Positions 9,602-19,404 of a stretch of 64,000 bases of DNA are shown here, piece after piece. The DNA lies in NCBI GenBank assembly GCA_963701965.1, contig OY969695.1, forward strand, positions 3,840,001-3,904,000, read 5' to 3'. The notes beneath the pieces are model-generated. The model made no database searches. It was not told where the DNA came from and worked only from the letters and a program-made list of their open reading frames with translations. How positions within the stretch are numbered: the first letter of the stretch is position 1; the number at the start of each line of letters is the position of its first letter. This DNA comes from an uncultured Gemmatimonadales bacterium (GTDB lineage Bacteria; Gemmatimonadota; Gemmatimonadetes; Gemmatimonadales; Gemmatimonadaceae). The position numbers and the translations under genes are program-made.

Positions 9602-10876
9602 ATGACTGAAACCAAAACGGCCGCGGCCGAACTGGACGTGACGGATACCCGCACCGGGACCGCGTACGCCCTCAAGATCACCGACAGCGCCATTCGGGCG
9701 ACGGACCTCAAAGGCGGCCTCGTCAGCTACGACCCGGCGTTCCTCAACACCGCGGCGTGCCGCAGCGCGATCACCTATATCGACGGCGAGAAGGGCATTC
9801 TCCGCTATCGGGGCTATCCGATCGAGCAACTCGCCGAAAAGGCGAGCTTTCTGGAAGTCGCCTGGCTCCTGAGAAACGGAGAGCTGCCGACCCAGGCCGA
9901 ATACAATACGTTCGTGCACGACGTCACCTATCACACGATGGTGCACGAGAATCTCCGCACGTTCCTGCAGGGATTCCGCTACGACGCGCACCCCATGTCG
10001 ATGCTGTGCAGCGCCGTGGCCGCGCTGTCGTCGTTCTATCCGGAATCGAAGGAGATCTTCGATCCGCAGCAGCGCTACATGTCGATGATCCGTTTGATCG
10101 CCAAGGTTCCGACGATCGCGGCCTTCATCTATCGGCACATGAAAGGGCTGCCCTACGTCTATCCGGACAACGACCTCTCGTACAGCGAGAACTTCCTGTC
10201 GATGGTCGCCCGCATGAGCGAGTCCAAGTATCAGTCGAAGCCGGAGTTCACGCGGGCCATCGAGATCCTGTTCATCCTGCACGCGGACCACGAGCAGAAC
10301 TGCTCCACGAACGCCGTGCGCGCCGTCGGCTCGTCGCACGTCGATCCGTTCTCGGCCCTGTCCGCGGGTATCGCGGCGTTGTATGGCCCGCTGCATGGCG
10401 GCGCCAATGAAGCCGTGCTGCGGATGATCGAGGAGATCGGCGACATCAAGAACGTCCCGGCGTTCATCGAGAACGTGAAGAAAGGCTCGGGACGGCTCAT
10501 GGGCTTTGGCCATCGCGTCTACAAGAGCTACGACCCGCGGGCCAAGATCGTGAAGAAGCTCGCCGACGAAGTGCTGGCGTCGGTCGGCGTCGACAAGGAT
10601 ATGGCCATCGCGATGGAGCTGGAGCGCATCGCGCTCCAGGACGACTACTTCGTCTCCCGCAAGCTGTATCCCAACGTCGATTTCTACACGGGACTGATCT
10701 ATCGGGCGATGAAGTTCCCGACGTCGTTCTTCACCGTGTTGTTCGCGATCGCCCGCACGACGGGCTGGCTGGCGCAGTGGGAAGAGGGCTTGCTGGACAA
10801 GGAGCAGAAGATCGCGCGACCCAAGCAGATCTACACGGGCTACGCTGAGCGTCAGTATGCGAGGAAGGTCAAGTAA
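9602..10876 (+). CDS. gltA: Citrate synthase
   Basis: ITYIDGEKGILRYRGY, ADHEQNCST, GPLHGGANE, LMGFGHRVYK, YPNVDFY. Confidence 0.97.
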   Translation: MTETKTAAAELDVTDTRTGTAYALKITDSAIRATDLKGGLVSYDPAFLNTAACRSAITYIDGEKGILRYRGYPIEQLAEKASFLEVAWLLRNGELPTQAEYNTFVHDVTYHTMVHENLRTFLQGFRYDAHPMSMLCSAVAALSSFYPESKEIFDPQQRYMSMIRLIAKVPTIAAFIYRHMKGLPYVYPDNDLSYSENFLSMVARMSESKYQSKPEFTRAIEILFILHADHEQNCSTNAVRAVGSSHVDPFSALSAGIAALYGPLHGGANEAVLRMIEEIGDIKNVPAFIENVKKGSGRLMGFGHRVYKSYDPRAKIVKKLADEVLASVGVDKDMAIAMELERIALQDDYFVSRKLYPNVDFYTGLIYRAMKFPTSFFTVLFAIARTTGWLAQWEEGLLDKEQKIARPKQIYTGYAERQYARKVK

Positions 10877-11819
10877 CGGTCCGTGACTCTCCCGTAAATC
10901 CCAAGCGTTCCTGGACGACGTACAAGGGCCGGCGTTTGACTTCACCGTAAATCCGGCCCACGTACTCGCCAATCATGCCCACGGAGATGAGCTGGATGCC
11001 GCCGACGAACAGGATCGCCACGAAGGTGGCGGCCCAGCCGGCGACCCAGTGTCGCGTCAGCAGCCGGACGCCGATCGCGTAGGCGATCCCGCCCAGGGCG
11101 ATCACCGACGAGGCGAATCCCAGCAGCGTCGCCAGCCGGAGTGGACGAATCGAAAACGACGTGATGCCGTCGATCGCGAATCGCATCATCTTCCACAGCG
11201 GGTACTTGCTCTCGCCGGCCTCGCGCGGCGCCCGGGCATAGGTCACGGCGACCTGGCGAAACCCGACCCAGCTCACCATGCCGCGGACGAACCGGTCGCG
11301 CTCGGGCATCGCCCGCAACGCCTCGACGACCCGGCGATCCATCAGGCGAAAATCGCCGGTATCGATGGGGATTTCCGTGTCGGTGAGCTGATTCAGTAAC
11401 CGATAGAACACGGCGGCGGTCCAGCGCTTGAACGCCGTCTCCCCGTCGCGCCACTGACGCACCCCGTAGGCGACGTGATATCCCTCGCGCCATTGGGCCA
11501 GCATCTCGGTCATGACCTCCGGCGGATCCTGCAGATCCGCATCGATCACGACGACGACGTCGCCCAGCGCCTCCTCGACGCCGGCGGTCACCGCCATCTG
11601 GTGGCCGAAATTGCGCGAGAACCGGAGCACGCGGACCCGCGGATCGTCGCGCTGGATCTCCCGCAAGACCTCGAGCGTGCGGTCGCGGCTGCCATCATCG
11701 ACGTAGATGATCTCGCTTTCCAACCCCTCGAGTCCGTCAACGACGGCGCGCAGTCGTTGGTGCGTTCTCGGCAGTACGTCTTGTTCGTTGAACGCGGGGA
11801 CCACGATCGAGAGCAGCAT
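10869..11819 (-). CDS. GT2 polyprenol-phosphate glycosyltransferase (GtrB/DPM1-like)
   Basis: SIVVPAFNE, VDDGSRD, SRNFGHQ, IDADLQDPP, DTGDFRLMDRRVV, two C-terminal TM helices. Start taken at ATG 11819. Confidence 0.9.
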   Translation of the reverse strand: MLLSIVVPAFNEQDVLPRTHQRLRAVVDGLEGLESEIIYVDDGSRDRTLEVLREIQRDDPRVRVLRFSRNFGHQMAVTAGVEEALGDVVVVIDADLQDPPEVMTEMLAQWREGYHVAYGVRQWRDGETAFKRWTAAVFYRLLNQLTDTEIPIDTGDFRLMDRRVVEALRAMPERDRFVRGMVSWVGFRQVAVTYARAPREAGESKYPLWKMMRFAIDGITSFSIRPLRLATLLGFASSVIALGGIAYAIGVRLLTRHWVAGWAATFVAILFVGGIQLISVGMIGEYVGRIYGEVKRRPLYVVQERLGFTGESRTVT

Positions 11820-11896
11820 TGTCACTCCAGTGTATCGCCAATGTGGCAATGGCTCAACAGTGGCAATGTCTCGCCGCCGGTACGATCGTTCATCGA

Positions 11897-13465
11897 ATGT
11901 CATCGCCCGTCCCGTCGATGTCATTGGCGGCAGCGCCGAGGCGTCTGCTTGGCTTTGCCGCGCTGCTCGCGCTCCTGCTATTGCTACCCACGCTGAGCTA
12001 TGGCCTCGGCTTCGACCACGGGTTCATGCAATACATTGGGCGCGGCATTCTGCGTGGCGAATGGCCCTACGCCAACGCGTTCGACACATTGTTTCCCGCG
12101 ATCTATCTGCTGCACATGACGGTGATCGCGATCGGCGGCCAGTCCGTGCTCGCGCTCCGCGTCGCCGATCTCCTCATCCAGATCGCCAACGCGCTGCTGC
12201 TGTTCACGCTCGCGCGCCGCATTGGCGGCGCCCGCGCCGGTTTCGTCGCCGTGGCGATCTACACGATCGCCTACACCAACGGTACCTACTACCATACGGC
12301 CGAGCGCGACAGTTTTCTCACGCCGTTGCTGCTGGCCGCGGTGTGGGGAGTGTGGCGCTTTCTCGAGACGCCGGCGCGCCGCGGGCCCCTGATCTGGGGC
12401 GCCGCCTGTGCCGGACTGGCTTGCCTCTTTCGCCCGACGTACGCGCTGGTGGTGGCCCTGGCCGCGCTCGCGCTCCTGCGGCGACAGCCCCGGAAAAGCG
12501 ACGCGGTCACTTTCGCGGGGGTCGCCGCGGTCCCGATTCTCGCTTTTCTCATCGTGTATCTGGTTTCGGGTCATCGCCAAGCCCTCGCCGATCTCTTCAC
12601 CTACCTGACCACGGTCTACGTCCTGGTCGAACGCAAGACAAAGACCGTCGTGCTCATGGCACTCTGGCGAAACGTGCCCCTCGTGGCGTGGATCGGCACC
12701 GCGCTCGCCGTGGTCGGGGCGTGGAGCGGCGCCTGGCGGACGCGCCGGCGCGAGCTGTGGACGATCGTGGGCCTCTTCCTCGCCTGCGTACTGGTGCGGC
12801 TGTGGGAGTCCAAGGGCTACCGGTACCAGTATTGGCCGTGTGTCGCGTCGCTCAGCATCGTCGCCGCGCTGGGATGGGACTGGGCCGTCACGGTGCCGCC
12901 GCGGGTCGCCGCGGCCGCCGTGCTCGTCGGGGTCCTCGCCGCGGAAATGGGGCGCACCGGTCTCGCGCGCTACGCCACGATGTGGCCCGACGTCGCTCCG
13001 ACCGGCTCCGCGGCGTTCACCCACATGGTCTCCGACAGCCGCGACCAAGCGGCGCTGGCCGAGTATTTGACCGCGCACACCGGACCGGATGACCGTATTC
13101 AGATGTGGGGCCCGGAGACGATTGCGCTCTTCGCCACTGGACGCACCTCCGCGACGCGATTCATCGACTCGTTCATGTTCGTGTGTCAAGATCCCAAGGA
13201 CTCGCACCACATGCTCCTGTTCACCGACTGTGGTCCGGGGTGGAACAAACCCGTGCAAGTGGCGTTCCGCCGCGAGCTCATGGAGCAGTTGAACGCGCGC
13301 CCGCCGCTCTACATCGGCGCCCATTACGCCGATGGCACCATGGCCATTGACACGACGTACAGCATCGCGCCGGACTTGCCCGAATTGCGCGCGCTGATCG
13401 ACCAGCGCTACGTGCGCGAGGCCACGTTCGGCCCCTGGTCGGCATTCCGCCGCACGGACCGCTAG
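11897..13465 (+). CDS. Multi-TM GT-C fold glycosyltransferase (ArnT/PMT-like)
   Basis: First loop GFDHGFMQYIGRGILRGEWPY...FDTLFPAIY, many TM helices, periplasmic C-terminus. Start approximate. Confidence 0.7.
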   Translation: MSSPVPSMSLAAAPRRLLGFAALLALLLLLPTLSYGLGFDHGFMQYIGRGILRGEWPYANAFDTLFPAIYLLHMTVIAIGGQSVLALRVADLLIQIANALLLFTLARRIGGARAGFVAVAIYTIAYTNGTYYHTAERDSFLTPLLLAAVWGVWRFLETPARRGPLIWGAACAGLACLFRPTYALVVALAALALLRRQPRKSDAVTFAGVAAVPILAFLIVYLVSGHRQALADLFTYLTTVYVLVERKTKTVVLMALWRNVPLVAWIGTALAVVGAWSGAWRTRRRELWTIVGLFLACVLVRLWESKGYRYQYWPCVASLSIVAALGWDWAVTVPPRVAAAAVLVGVLAAEMGRTGLARYATMWPDVAPTGSAAFTHMVSDSRDQAALAEYLTAHTGPDDRIQMWGPETIALFATGRTSATRFIDSFMFVCQDPKDSHHMLLFTDCGPGWNKPVQVAFRRELMEQLNARPPLYIGAHYADGTMAIDTTYSIAPDLPELRALIDQRYVREATFGPWSAFRRTDR

Positions 13466-15099
13466 TGCGCCGCCTCTCGCTCGGCGTCATCCTGTCTTTG
13501 CTGGCGCTGGGCGCCGCCGTCGACGCCATCGATCTGTGGCGGCCGATCGATGGCTCGTCGCGGGAATTGTTTCGCGAATGCGACATGGGCGGGATCGCGC
13601 GCAACTATGCCCGCGAAGGCATGCACTTGCTCTATCCGCGGATCGACTGGCGGGGTGACGGGCCAGGATACGTGGAGATGGAGTTCCCGATCTACCCGTA
13701 CGCGATCGCGATCGGGTACCGCGCGCTGGGGATTCACGCGCAAATCGGCCGGGTGATCACGTACGCCGTGTCGCTGGTGACCCTCGGGCTCTTCATCGCG
13801 CTCGCGACGTACCTGCTGCCGCCCGTGGGCGCGGTCACGGCCACGCTGTTCTTCATCATCGATCCGTTGACCGTGCGGTTGGCGAACGCGATCCAGCCCG
13901 AGCCGCTCATGCTGCTCGGCTACATCGGTGCCGTCTACACGTACCTCCGATGGCTCGACGAGGATACCTGGTGGTGGTACGGGTGGGCGCTGTTCCTGAC
14001 GTCGCTCGCGGTGCTGGCCAAAGCGCCCGCGGCCCACGTGGGACTCGTGTTTCTGGCGCTGACGGTCTGGCGACGGGGATGGCGCGCCTTCCTGCGCCCA
14101 CGCCTCTGGATCTTGGGAATCGCGGCGCTGGTTCCGCCCGCCCTCTGGTACTGGCACGCCCACCAGTTCTATCTCACCTACGGCAATTCGCTGGGCGCAT
14201 CGAACCACCAACACTTCACGGGGCTCAAAGTGCTCACCGAGTCCCGCTACGTCACCGGCATCGCGCGGATCGAGATGTCGCTGGTGTGGATGTCGTCGGG
14301 TTTGCTGGCCGTGGCGATGGCGTTGGCGCTCGGTCTCCGGTCACGCGCTTTCACGTGTGGACTCCTGTGGTACGCCGCGATCCTGATCTACTACCTGCTG
14401 ATCGCGGGCACGAGCGCCGAGACGTGGGCATCGTACTATCACATCGTGTCCGTGCCGCCCGCCGCGCTCCTCATCGGCGCCGCGGCCGCGGCCGTGGTCG
14501 AGCGCCTGCGGAGTCGCCAAGCGCCGCGCCTCGCCGTCCCCCGCCTGGCCTGGGCGATGGTCGTGCTCCTCTGCGTCGCGGCCGTCCAGCAGGTGCTTCG
14601 TCCCGGCACGCCAATCGCGCCGTTGGGAGTCGCCGCGCTGGTTGGAGCGCTGGTTCTGATTGCGCGGCGCGCCGCGGGCGCTGCCGCGCTGGCCGCCCTG
14701 GCCTGCCTGACGATGCTGGCGCCGGTGTCCGCGTTGCGCCAAACAGTGAGCGAGATCCATCCCCACCGATTCGAGCCGCAATACGAGACCGCGAAGGCAT
14801 TTGCGCCGCTCATTCCGCCGGGCGTCCTCATCGCCGTGAGTGGAGAGGCCTGCGTGAGCAAAGACGAGTCGGCGTACAACAGCCCGTGGTATCTGTACTG
14901 GACGGACCACAAGGGCTTCACGCCCTGCGTGCAGGATCACACGATCCCCGTCGTCCGCGCGCTCGAGGCGCGCGGCGCCCGCTATTTCATCGCGGACCGT
15001 GCCGCGCTCGCCGCCCAGCCGGGATTCGAGGCCGAGATGCGGCGGGCATTCACGGTGGAATCGGAGACGAGCGAGGCGGTGCTGTTCAAGTTGGACTGA
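13465..15099 (+). CDS. ArnT/GT39-like membrane glycosyltransferase
   Basis: FRECDMGGIARNY...YPRIDWRG...VEMEFPIYPY, IQPEPLML, many TM helices. Confidence 0.75.
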   Translation: MRRLSLGVILSLLALGAAVDAIDLWRPIDGSSRELFRECDMGGIARNYAREGMHLLYPRIDWRGDGPGYVEMEFPIYPYAIAIGYRALGIHAQIGRVITYAVSLVTLGLFIALATYLLPPVGAVTATLFFIIDPLTVRLANAIQPEPLMLLGYIGAVYTYLRWLDEDTWWWYGWALFLTSLAVLAKAPAAHVGLVFLALTVWRRGWRAFLRPRLWILGIAALVPPALWYWHAHQFYLTYGNSLGASNHQHFTGLKVLTESRYVTGIARIEMSLVWMSSGLLAVAMALALGLRSRAFTCGLLWYAAILIYYLLIAGTSAETWASYYHIVSVPPAALLIGAAAAAVVERLRSRQAPRLAVPRLAWAMVVLLCVAAVQQVLRPGTPIAPLGVAALVGALVLIARRAAGAAALAALACLTMLAPVSALRQTVSEIHPHRFEPQYETAKAFAPLIPPGVLIAVSGEACVSKDESAYNSPWYLYWTDHKGFTPCVQDHTIPVVRALEARGARYFIADRAALAAQPGFEAEMRRAFTVESETSEAVLFKLD

Positions 15100-15742
15100 C
15101 CGCGTACGTCGCGCAGACGCCCCGCACGGGGCAGCGAGGGCAGTGGCGGACGCGCGCCGTGCAGACGAGGGCGCCCAGCTCCATGAGCGCTTGATTGTGC
15201 GTGTAGGCGACGCGGCCGCTTCGCGGCAGCGTCGCTGTCGCGAGCCCCCAGGCGGCCCGGCGGCCGGCGGCACTCCGCGGGTCCAACCGGGGCCGAAAGA
15301 CACGCAGCAGGACGCGGGCGACGTTGGTGTCCACGAGGGGTGCCGGGCGCTCGTAGGCGAACAATGCCACGGCGCCGGCCGTGTAGGCCCCGATCCCCGG
15401 CAATGCTGCCAGCGCCCGCGGATCGTCCGGCAGGGGGCCGTCGATCTGGCGGGCCAGCTTGTGGAGATTGCGGGCGCGGGCATAGTACCCGAGACCCTGC
15501 CACGCTTCGGCGACCGCCCGCGGCGTGGCCTTGGCGACGCTGGCGAGCGTCGGATAGCGCGTCAGAAAAACCGGGTAGTAGAGCAGGACGCGGGCGACCT
15601 GCGTCTGCTGGAGCATCAGTTCGGAGACGAGCACCTGATAGGGATCGCGGGTCCGACGCCACGGCAAGTCCCGCCCGACCCGCCGGTACCATGCCCGCAG
15701 TCGCCGTCCAAAGACGCGGGCGTGTGTCGCGTCGAATTTCAT
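15086..15742 (-). CDS. mutY: A/G-specific adenine glycosylase-like protein (short MutY, HhH-GPD with 4Fe-4S loop)
   Basis: RDLPWR, VSELMLQQTQV, WQGLGYYARARNLH, LPGIGAYTA, NQALMELGA, C-x6-C-x2-C-x5-C. Confidence 0.82.
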   Translation of the reverse strand: MKFDATHARVFGRRLRAWYRRVGRDLPWRRTRDPYQVLVSELMLQQTQVARVLLYYPVFLTRYPTLASVAKATPRAVAEAWQGLGYYARARNLHKLARQIDGPLPDDPRALAALPGIGAYTAGAVALFAYERPAPLVDTNVARVLLRVFRPRLDPRSAAGRRAAWGLATATLPRSGRVAYTHNQALMELGALVCTARVRHCPRCPVRGVCATYAVSPT

Positions 15743-15786
15743 AGTCGTCTCTCGAATAGCTATATACTTATCGCGGCCAAAACCTA

Positions 15787-17184
15787 ATGCTCTTCAACAG
15801 TTTCGTCTTCCTCGTCCTGTTCCTGCCGGTCACCTATACGGTGTTCTGGCTGCTCCGGAACGCTGCGCAGCGCTACGTCTGGCTGACGGTCACGGGGTAC
15901 GTGTTCTACGGGTATTGGAACCCGAAGTTCTGCCTCCTGATGGCGTTCTCCACGATCGTCAGCTACGCGGCCGGGCGCGGGTTCCTCGAGTGGCCGGACG
16001 ACCCGCGCCGTCGCAAGCTCTGTTTGGTGGTCCCGATCACGGTCGACCTCCTGCTGTTGGGATTCTTCAAGTACGCCAACTTCGCCCTCCGGTCGATCGG
16101 CGACCTCTCGGCCTTCGCGGGGCACCCGATCCCGGTGGCGCACTTCGACATCGTACTCCCCATCGGGATCTCGTTCTACACGTTCCACACGATCAGCTAC
16201 ATCGTCGACAGCTACCGGGGCGTGATCCGGCCGACGCGGAATTTCTTCGAGTTCGCCGCGTATGTCTCGCTGTTCTCCCAGTTGATCGCCGGGCCGATCG
16301 TCCGCTTCCGCCAGATCGAGACTGATCTCGAGGCGCTCGGACAGGCCGACCGCCACCGCTGGCTGGCCCGCGGCGTCCGGTTTTTCATCATCGGGTTGGT
16401 CCAGAAGGTGTTGGTCGCCGACACCCTGGCGGCGATCGTCGATCCCGCGTTGGCGCACTACGCCCAGCTGTCGACCGCCGACGCCTGGGTCGCCGTCCTC
16501 GGCTACACGTTCCAGCTCTACTTCGACTTCGATGGCTACAGCACGATGGCGGTGGGCCTCGGGTACCTCTTTGGCCTCCGGATCCCGCAGAACTTCAATT
16601 CACCGTACAAGTCCCTGGACCCGTCCGATTTCTGGCAACGCTGGCACATCTCGCTGTCGACGTGCCTCAGGGACTACGTCTACATCCCGTTCGGTGGCAA
16701 TCGCCAGGGCACGCTCAAGACGTATCGCAACCTGATGCTCACGATGCTGATCGGCGGCTTGTGGCACGGCGCGAACTGGACCTTCGTGGTCTGGGGCGCC
16801 TACCACGGCATTCTGCTGGGTGCCCATCGCGTGACCGCGCGGCGTTGGGATGCCGCGCCGGCGCTCGCGCGCCGGACCAGCATGTTCTTCTTCGTGGTCA
16901 TCGGCTGGGTGTTCTTCCGGTCCACGGACTTTCACATGGCCGCCGTGCTGCTCGGTCGGATGTTCGCCTACACGCCCGGATCGTCCGGCGTCGTGACGCC
17001 GGGCGTCGTGGCGTTGCTGCTGGGCGCCGCCCTCTGGAGCATGGTGGGGCCCAACGCGTTCGATATCGACGCGCGGTGGGTGCCGCGGCGCCGGCACGCG
17101 TTCGCGCTGGCCGCGGCGTTCGGCGCGTGCCTGGCGATCATCGCCGGCACGGGGTCGTCGCCCTTTCTGTATTTCCAGTTCTAG
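15787..17184 (+). CDS. MBOAT family O-acyltransferase (AlgI/DltB-like)
   Basis: LPIGISFYTF, QLIAGPIVR, QLYFDFDGYS, FWQRWHISLS, GLWHGA. Confidence 0.92.
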   Translation: MLFNSFVFLVLFLPVTYTVFWLLRNAAQRYVWLTVTGYVFYGYWNPKFCLLMAFSTIVSYAAGRGFLEWPDDPRRRKLCLVVPITVDLLLLGFFKYANFALRSIGDLSAFAGHPIPVAHFDIVLPIGISFYTFHTISYIVDSYRGVIRPTRNFFEFAAYVSLFSQLIAGPIVRFRQIETDLEALGQADRHRWLARGVRFFIIGLVQKVLVADTLAAIVDPALAHYAQLSTADAWVAVLGYTFQLYFDFDGYSTMAVGLGYLFGLRIPQNFNSPYKSLDPSDFWQRWHISLSTCLRDYVYIPFGGNRQGTLKTYRNLMLTMLIGGLWHGANWTFVVWGAYHGILLGAHRVTARRWDAAPALARRTSMFFFVVIGWVFFRSTDFHMAAVLLGRMFAYTPGSSGVVTPGVVALLLGAALWSMVGPNAFDIDARWVPRRRHAFALAAAFGACLAIIAGTGSSPFLYFQF

Positions 17185-17231
17185 CAGGGTGCTGAAGAAC
17201 GCCCCCCTGCGAGAACCGGGTCGGTTGAACT

Positions 17232-17252
17232 GAGCTCCGCTGTGCGGAGCTC
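17232..17252. terminator. Inverted repeat between convergent genes
   Basis: GAGCTCCGC-TGT-GCGGAGCTC, a perfect 9-bp stem. No clear U-tract. Confidence 0.5.
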
Positions 17253-17926
17253 TAAGCGCCATTTCTCGCGACGGTCACGTACTGCGCGCCGAGTGGACAC
17301 CAGCACAGGGCCGGCTCGAGCGGGCGCAACCACTCCAGCAGCCGCGGGAAGAACACGATGTAGTCGCGCCGGACCACGCGGAGTCCGGCGTCGGTGAGCC
17401 ACTGGCTGGTGTCGCGCGTCGGCACCAGCACCACGCCATCATCGAACGGACACCGGGATACGGCCCAACGCGTCAACGGGTTGATGGGATTGTGCTCGAA
17501 TACGACCAGAGTGCCGCCCGAGGCCAAGCGCGCGCTGACATCGCGAATGGCGCCCGCCCGCTCGGTCGGGTCAATGTGGTGCAGCACGTTGGCCAGCACC
17601 GCGACGTCGTAATTGCGACCCAGGTCCTGGGGATCGCTGGTGAAGGTGCCCCGGCCGGCGACCCCGGGATCGATGCGGCGCACGCTGTCCGGCGACGGAT
17701 CGAATCCGTCGATGCGCATACCGGAGAGGCGGGAGGCGATCTGCCGCGCCAGCGCCCCGACGCCGCAACCGTAGTCCAACAGGGCGCCGCCGGGCGGCGG
17801 CGCCACGACGCGCGCCAGATACGCGGCCTTGTACGCGGCGAAATAGTCGGAGGTCTCTCCCGTGATCCGGACGTTCTCGTCGACCAGTTTCTGATAGTCT
17901 CTCGCGAACGCATCGAATTCGGACAA
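17252..17926 (-). CDS. Class I SAM-dependent methyltransferase
   Basis: LLDYGCGVG motif I, NVLHH, FEHNPINP. TTG start at 17926 preceded by GGAGG. Confidence 0.85.
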   Translation of the reverse strand: MSEFDAFARDYQKLVDENVRITGETSDYFAAYKAAYLARVVAPPPGGALLDYGCGVGALARQIASRLSGMRIDGFDPSPDSVRRIDPGVAGRGTFTSDPQDLGRNYDVAVLANVLHHIDPTERAGAIRDVSARLASGGTLVVFEHNPINPLTRWAVSRCPFDDGVVLVPTRDTSQWLTDAGLRVVRRDYIVFFPRLLEWLRPLEPALCWCPLGAQYVTVARNGA

Positions 17927-17943
17927 GCCACCTCCCGCGCAGA

Positions 17944-19116
17944 TCAGTACTTCGGCACCTCCGGGTCGACGTCGTCGCTCCACCGCGTGATGCCGCCGGT
18001 GAGATTCCACACGTTGCGAAATCCGGCGGCGACGAGCGCCTGGGCGGCTTTGGCACTCCGGCCGCCGACCTTGCACTGCACGACGATCTCGCGCGAGGGG
18101 TCGAGGTGCGACACGGCCCCCGGGAACGTGCTCAGTGGCAAGAGTCGCGCCCCCTCGATCCGCGCGATGTCCCACTCGTAGGACTCGCGCACATCGATCA
18201 GATCGAAATCGTCGCCCCGTGCCAACTTGTCAGCCAAGGCACGCGGCGTGATCTCTCGCACGCCGACGGGTTCCGGTGCTGGCGCGCCCGCACCGCAGAA
18301 TGCGTCGTAGTCGATCAATTCCCGAATCTCGTGTGTCCCACAAGCAGGACAGGTGGGGTCGCGCCGGATCTTCACTGTGCGGAACCCGGCCCTCAGGGCG
18401 TCGATCAGGAGCAACCGGCCAATGAGCGGTTCGCCGATCCCGAGAATGAGTTTAATCGTTTCGTTCGCCTGAATCGTGCCCACCAGACCTGGCAATACCC
18501 CGAGTACGCCGCCCTCGGCGCAACTCGGCACCAAGCCTGGCGGAGGGGGCTCACGGAACAAACACCGATAACAGGGGCCGTCCAATGTGGCAAGCACCAA
18601 TGCTTGGCCCTCGAACCGGAAAATACTGCCGTAGACGTTCGGCTTCCCCGTGAGGACGCACGCATCATTCACCAAATACCGGGTGGCGAAATTATCCGTG
18701 CCATCGACGACAATGTCGAAGTTTCTGAAAATGTCGAGTGCGTTGGCGGATGTGAGTTTGGTCTCGAATGTCTCGACCGCCACGTGGGGATTGATCTCGC
18801 GCACGCGGTCGGCCGCTGACGCCAGCTTCGACCGCCCTACGTCGGATGTGCCGTGGAGGATCTGACGCTGCAGGTTCGTGACATCGACGACGTCGAAATC
18901 GACAATGCCCAAATGGCCGATCCCCGCGGCGCCGAGGTACAACGCGAGCGGCGAGCCGAGGCCGCCGGCGCCGACGAGCAGCACGCGCGCCGCTTTGAGC
19001 CGCCGCTGGCCGTCGACTCCCACATCGGGGAGAATCAAATGCCGGCTGTAGCGGAGCACCTCGTCACGGGTCAGCTCCGGCAGCTCGCGATCGACCAATG
19101 TCATCGTCACTGTCAT
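17944..19116 (-). CDS. moeB: MoeZ/MoeB-type adenylyltransferase fused to a rhodanese domain
   Basis: RYSRH, GAGGLGS, TNLQRQ, DGTDNF, CYRC, PSCAEGGVLG, CPAC, rhodanese loop CKVGGRS. Confidence 0.93.
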   Translation of the reverse strand: MTVTMTLVDRELPELTRDEVLRYSRHLILPDVGVDGQRRLKAARVLLVGAGGLGSPLALYLGAAGIGHLGIVDFDVVDVTNLQRQILHGTSDVGRSKLASAADRVREINPHVAVETFETKLTSANALDIFRNFDIVVDGTDNFATRYLVNDACVLTGKPNVYGSIFRFEGQALVLATLDGPCYRCLFREPPPPGLVPSCAEGGVLGVLPGLVGTIQANETIKLILGIGEPLIGRLLLIDALRAGFRTVKIRRDPTCPACGTHEIRELIDYDAFCGAGAPAPEPVGVREITPRALADKLARGDDFDLIDVRESYEWDIARIEGARLLPLSTFPGAVSHLDPSREIVVQCKVGGRSAKAAQALVAAGFRNVWNLTGGITRWSDDVDPEVPKY

Positions 19117-19388
19117 CCTCCCGCGACTGCGGGGACGATCGTCACCTCGTCTCCATCGCGGATCGCGGCCCCAAAGCCGCCCGCGAAGCGGACGTCTTCA
19201 TCATTCAGATAGTACGTGACGAAAGGATAGGGGTTCCCCGCGTCATCGGTCAGGCGGGGCTTGAGCGCCGGAAAGCGCCGCGACACGTCGGCGACCGCGT
19301 CGCCGAGCGTGGGGCCGCTCGCTTCCAGGGCGCGCTGGCCGTCGGCCAGCTTGGACAACACATTGGGCAGATGGATCGTGATCGACAT
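19113..19388 (-). CDS. Ubiquitin-like sulfur carrier protein (MoaD/ThiS/CysO family)
   Basis: 91 aa MSITIHLP...YLNDEDVRF...DGDEVTIVPAVAGG ending in free Gly-Gly. ATGA overlap with moeZ. Confidence 0.92.
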   Translation of the reverse strand: MSITIHLPNVLSKLADGQRALEASGPTLGDAVADVSRRFPALKPRLTDDAGNPYPFVTYYLNDEDVRFAGGFGAAIRDGDEVTIVPAVAGG

Positions 19389-19404
19389 GGGATATTCCTT
19401 ACGA

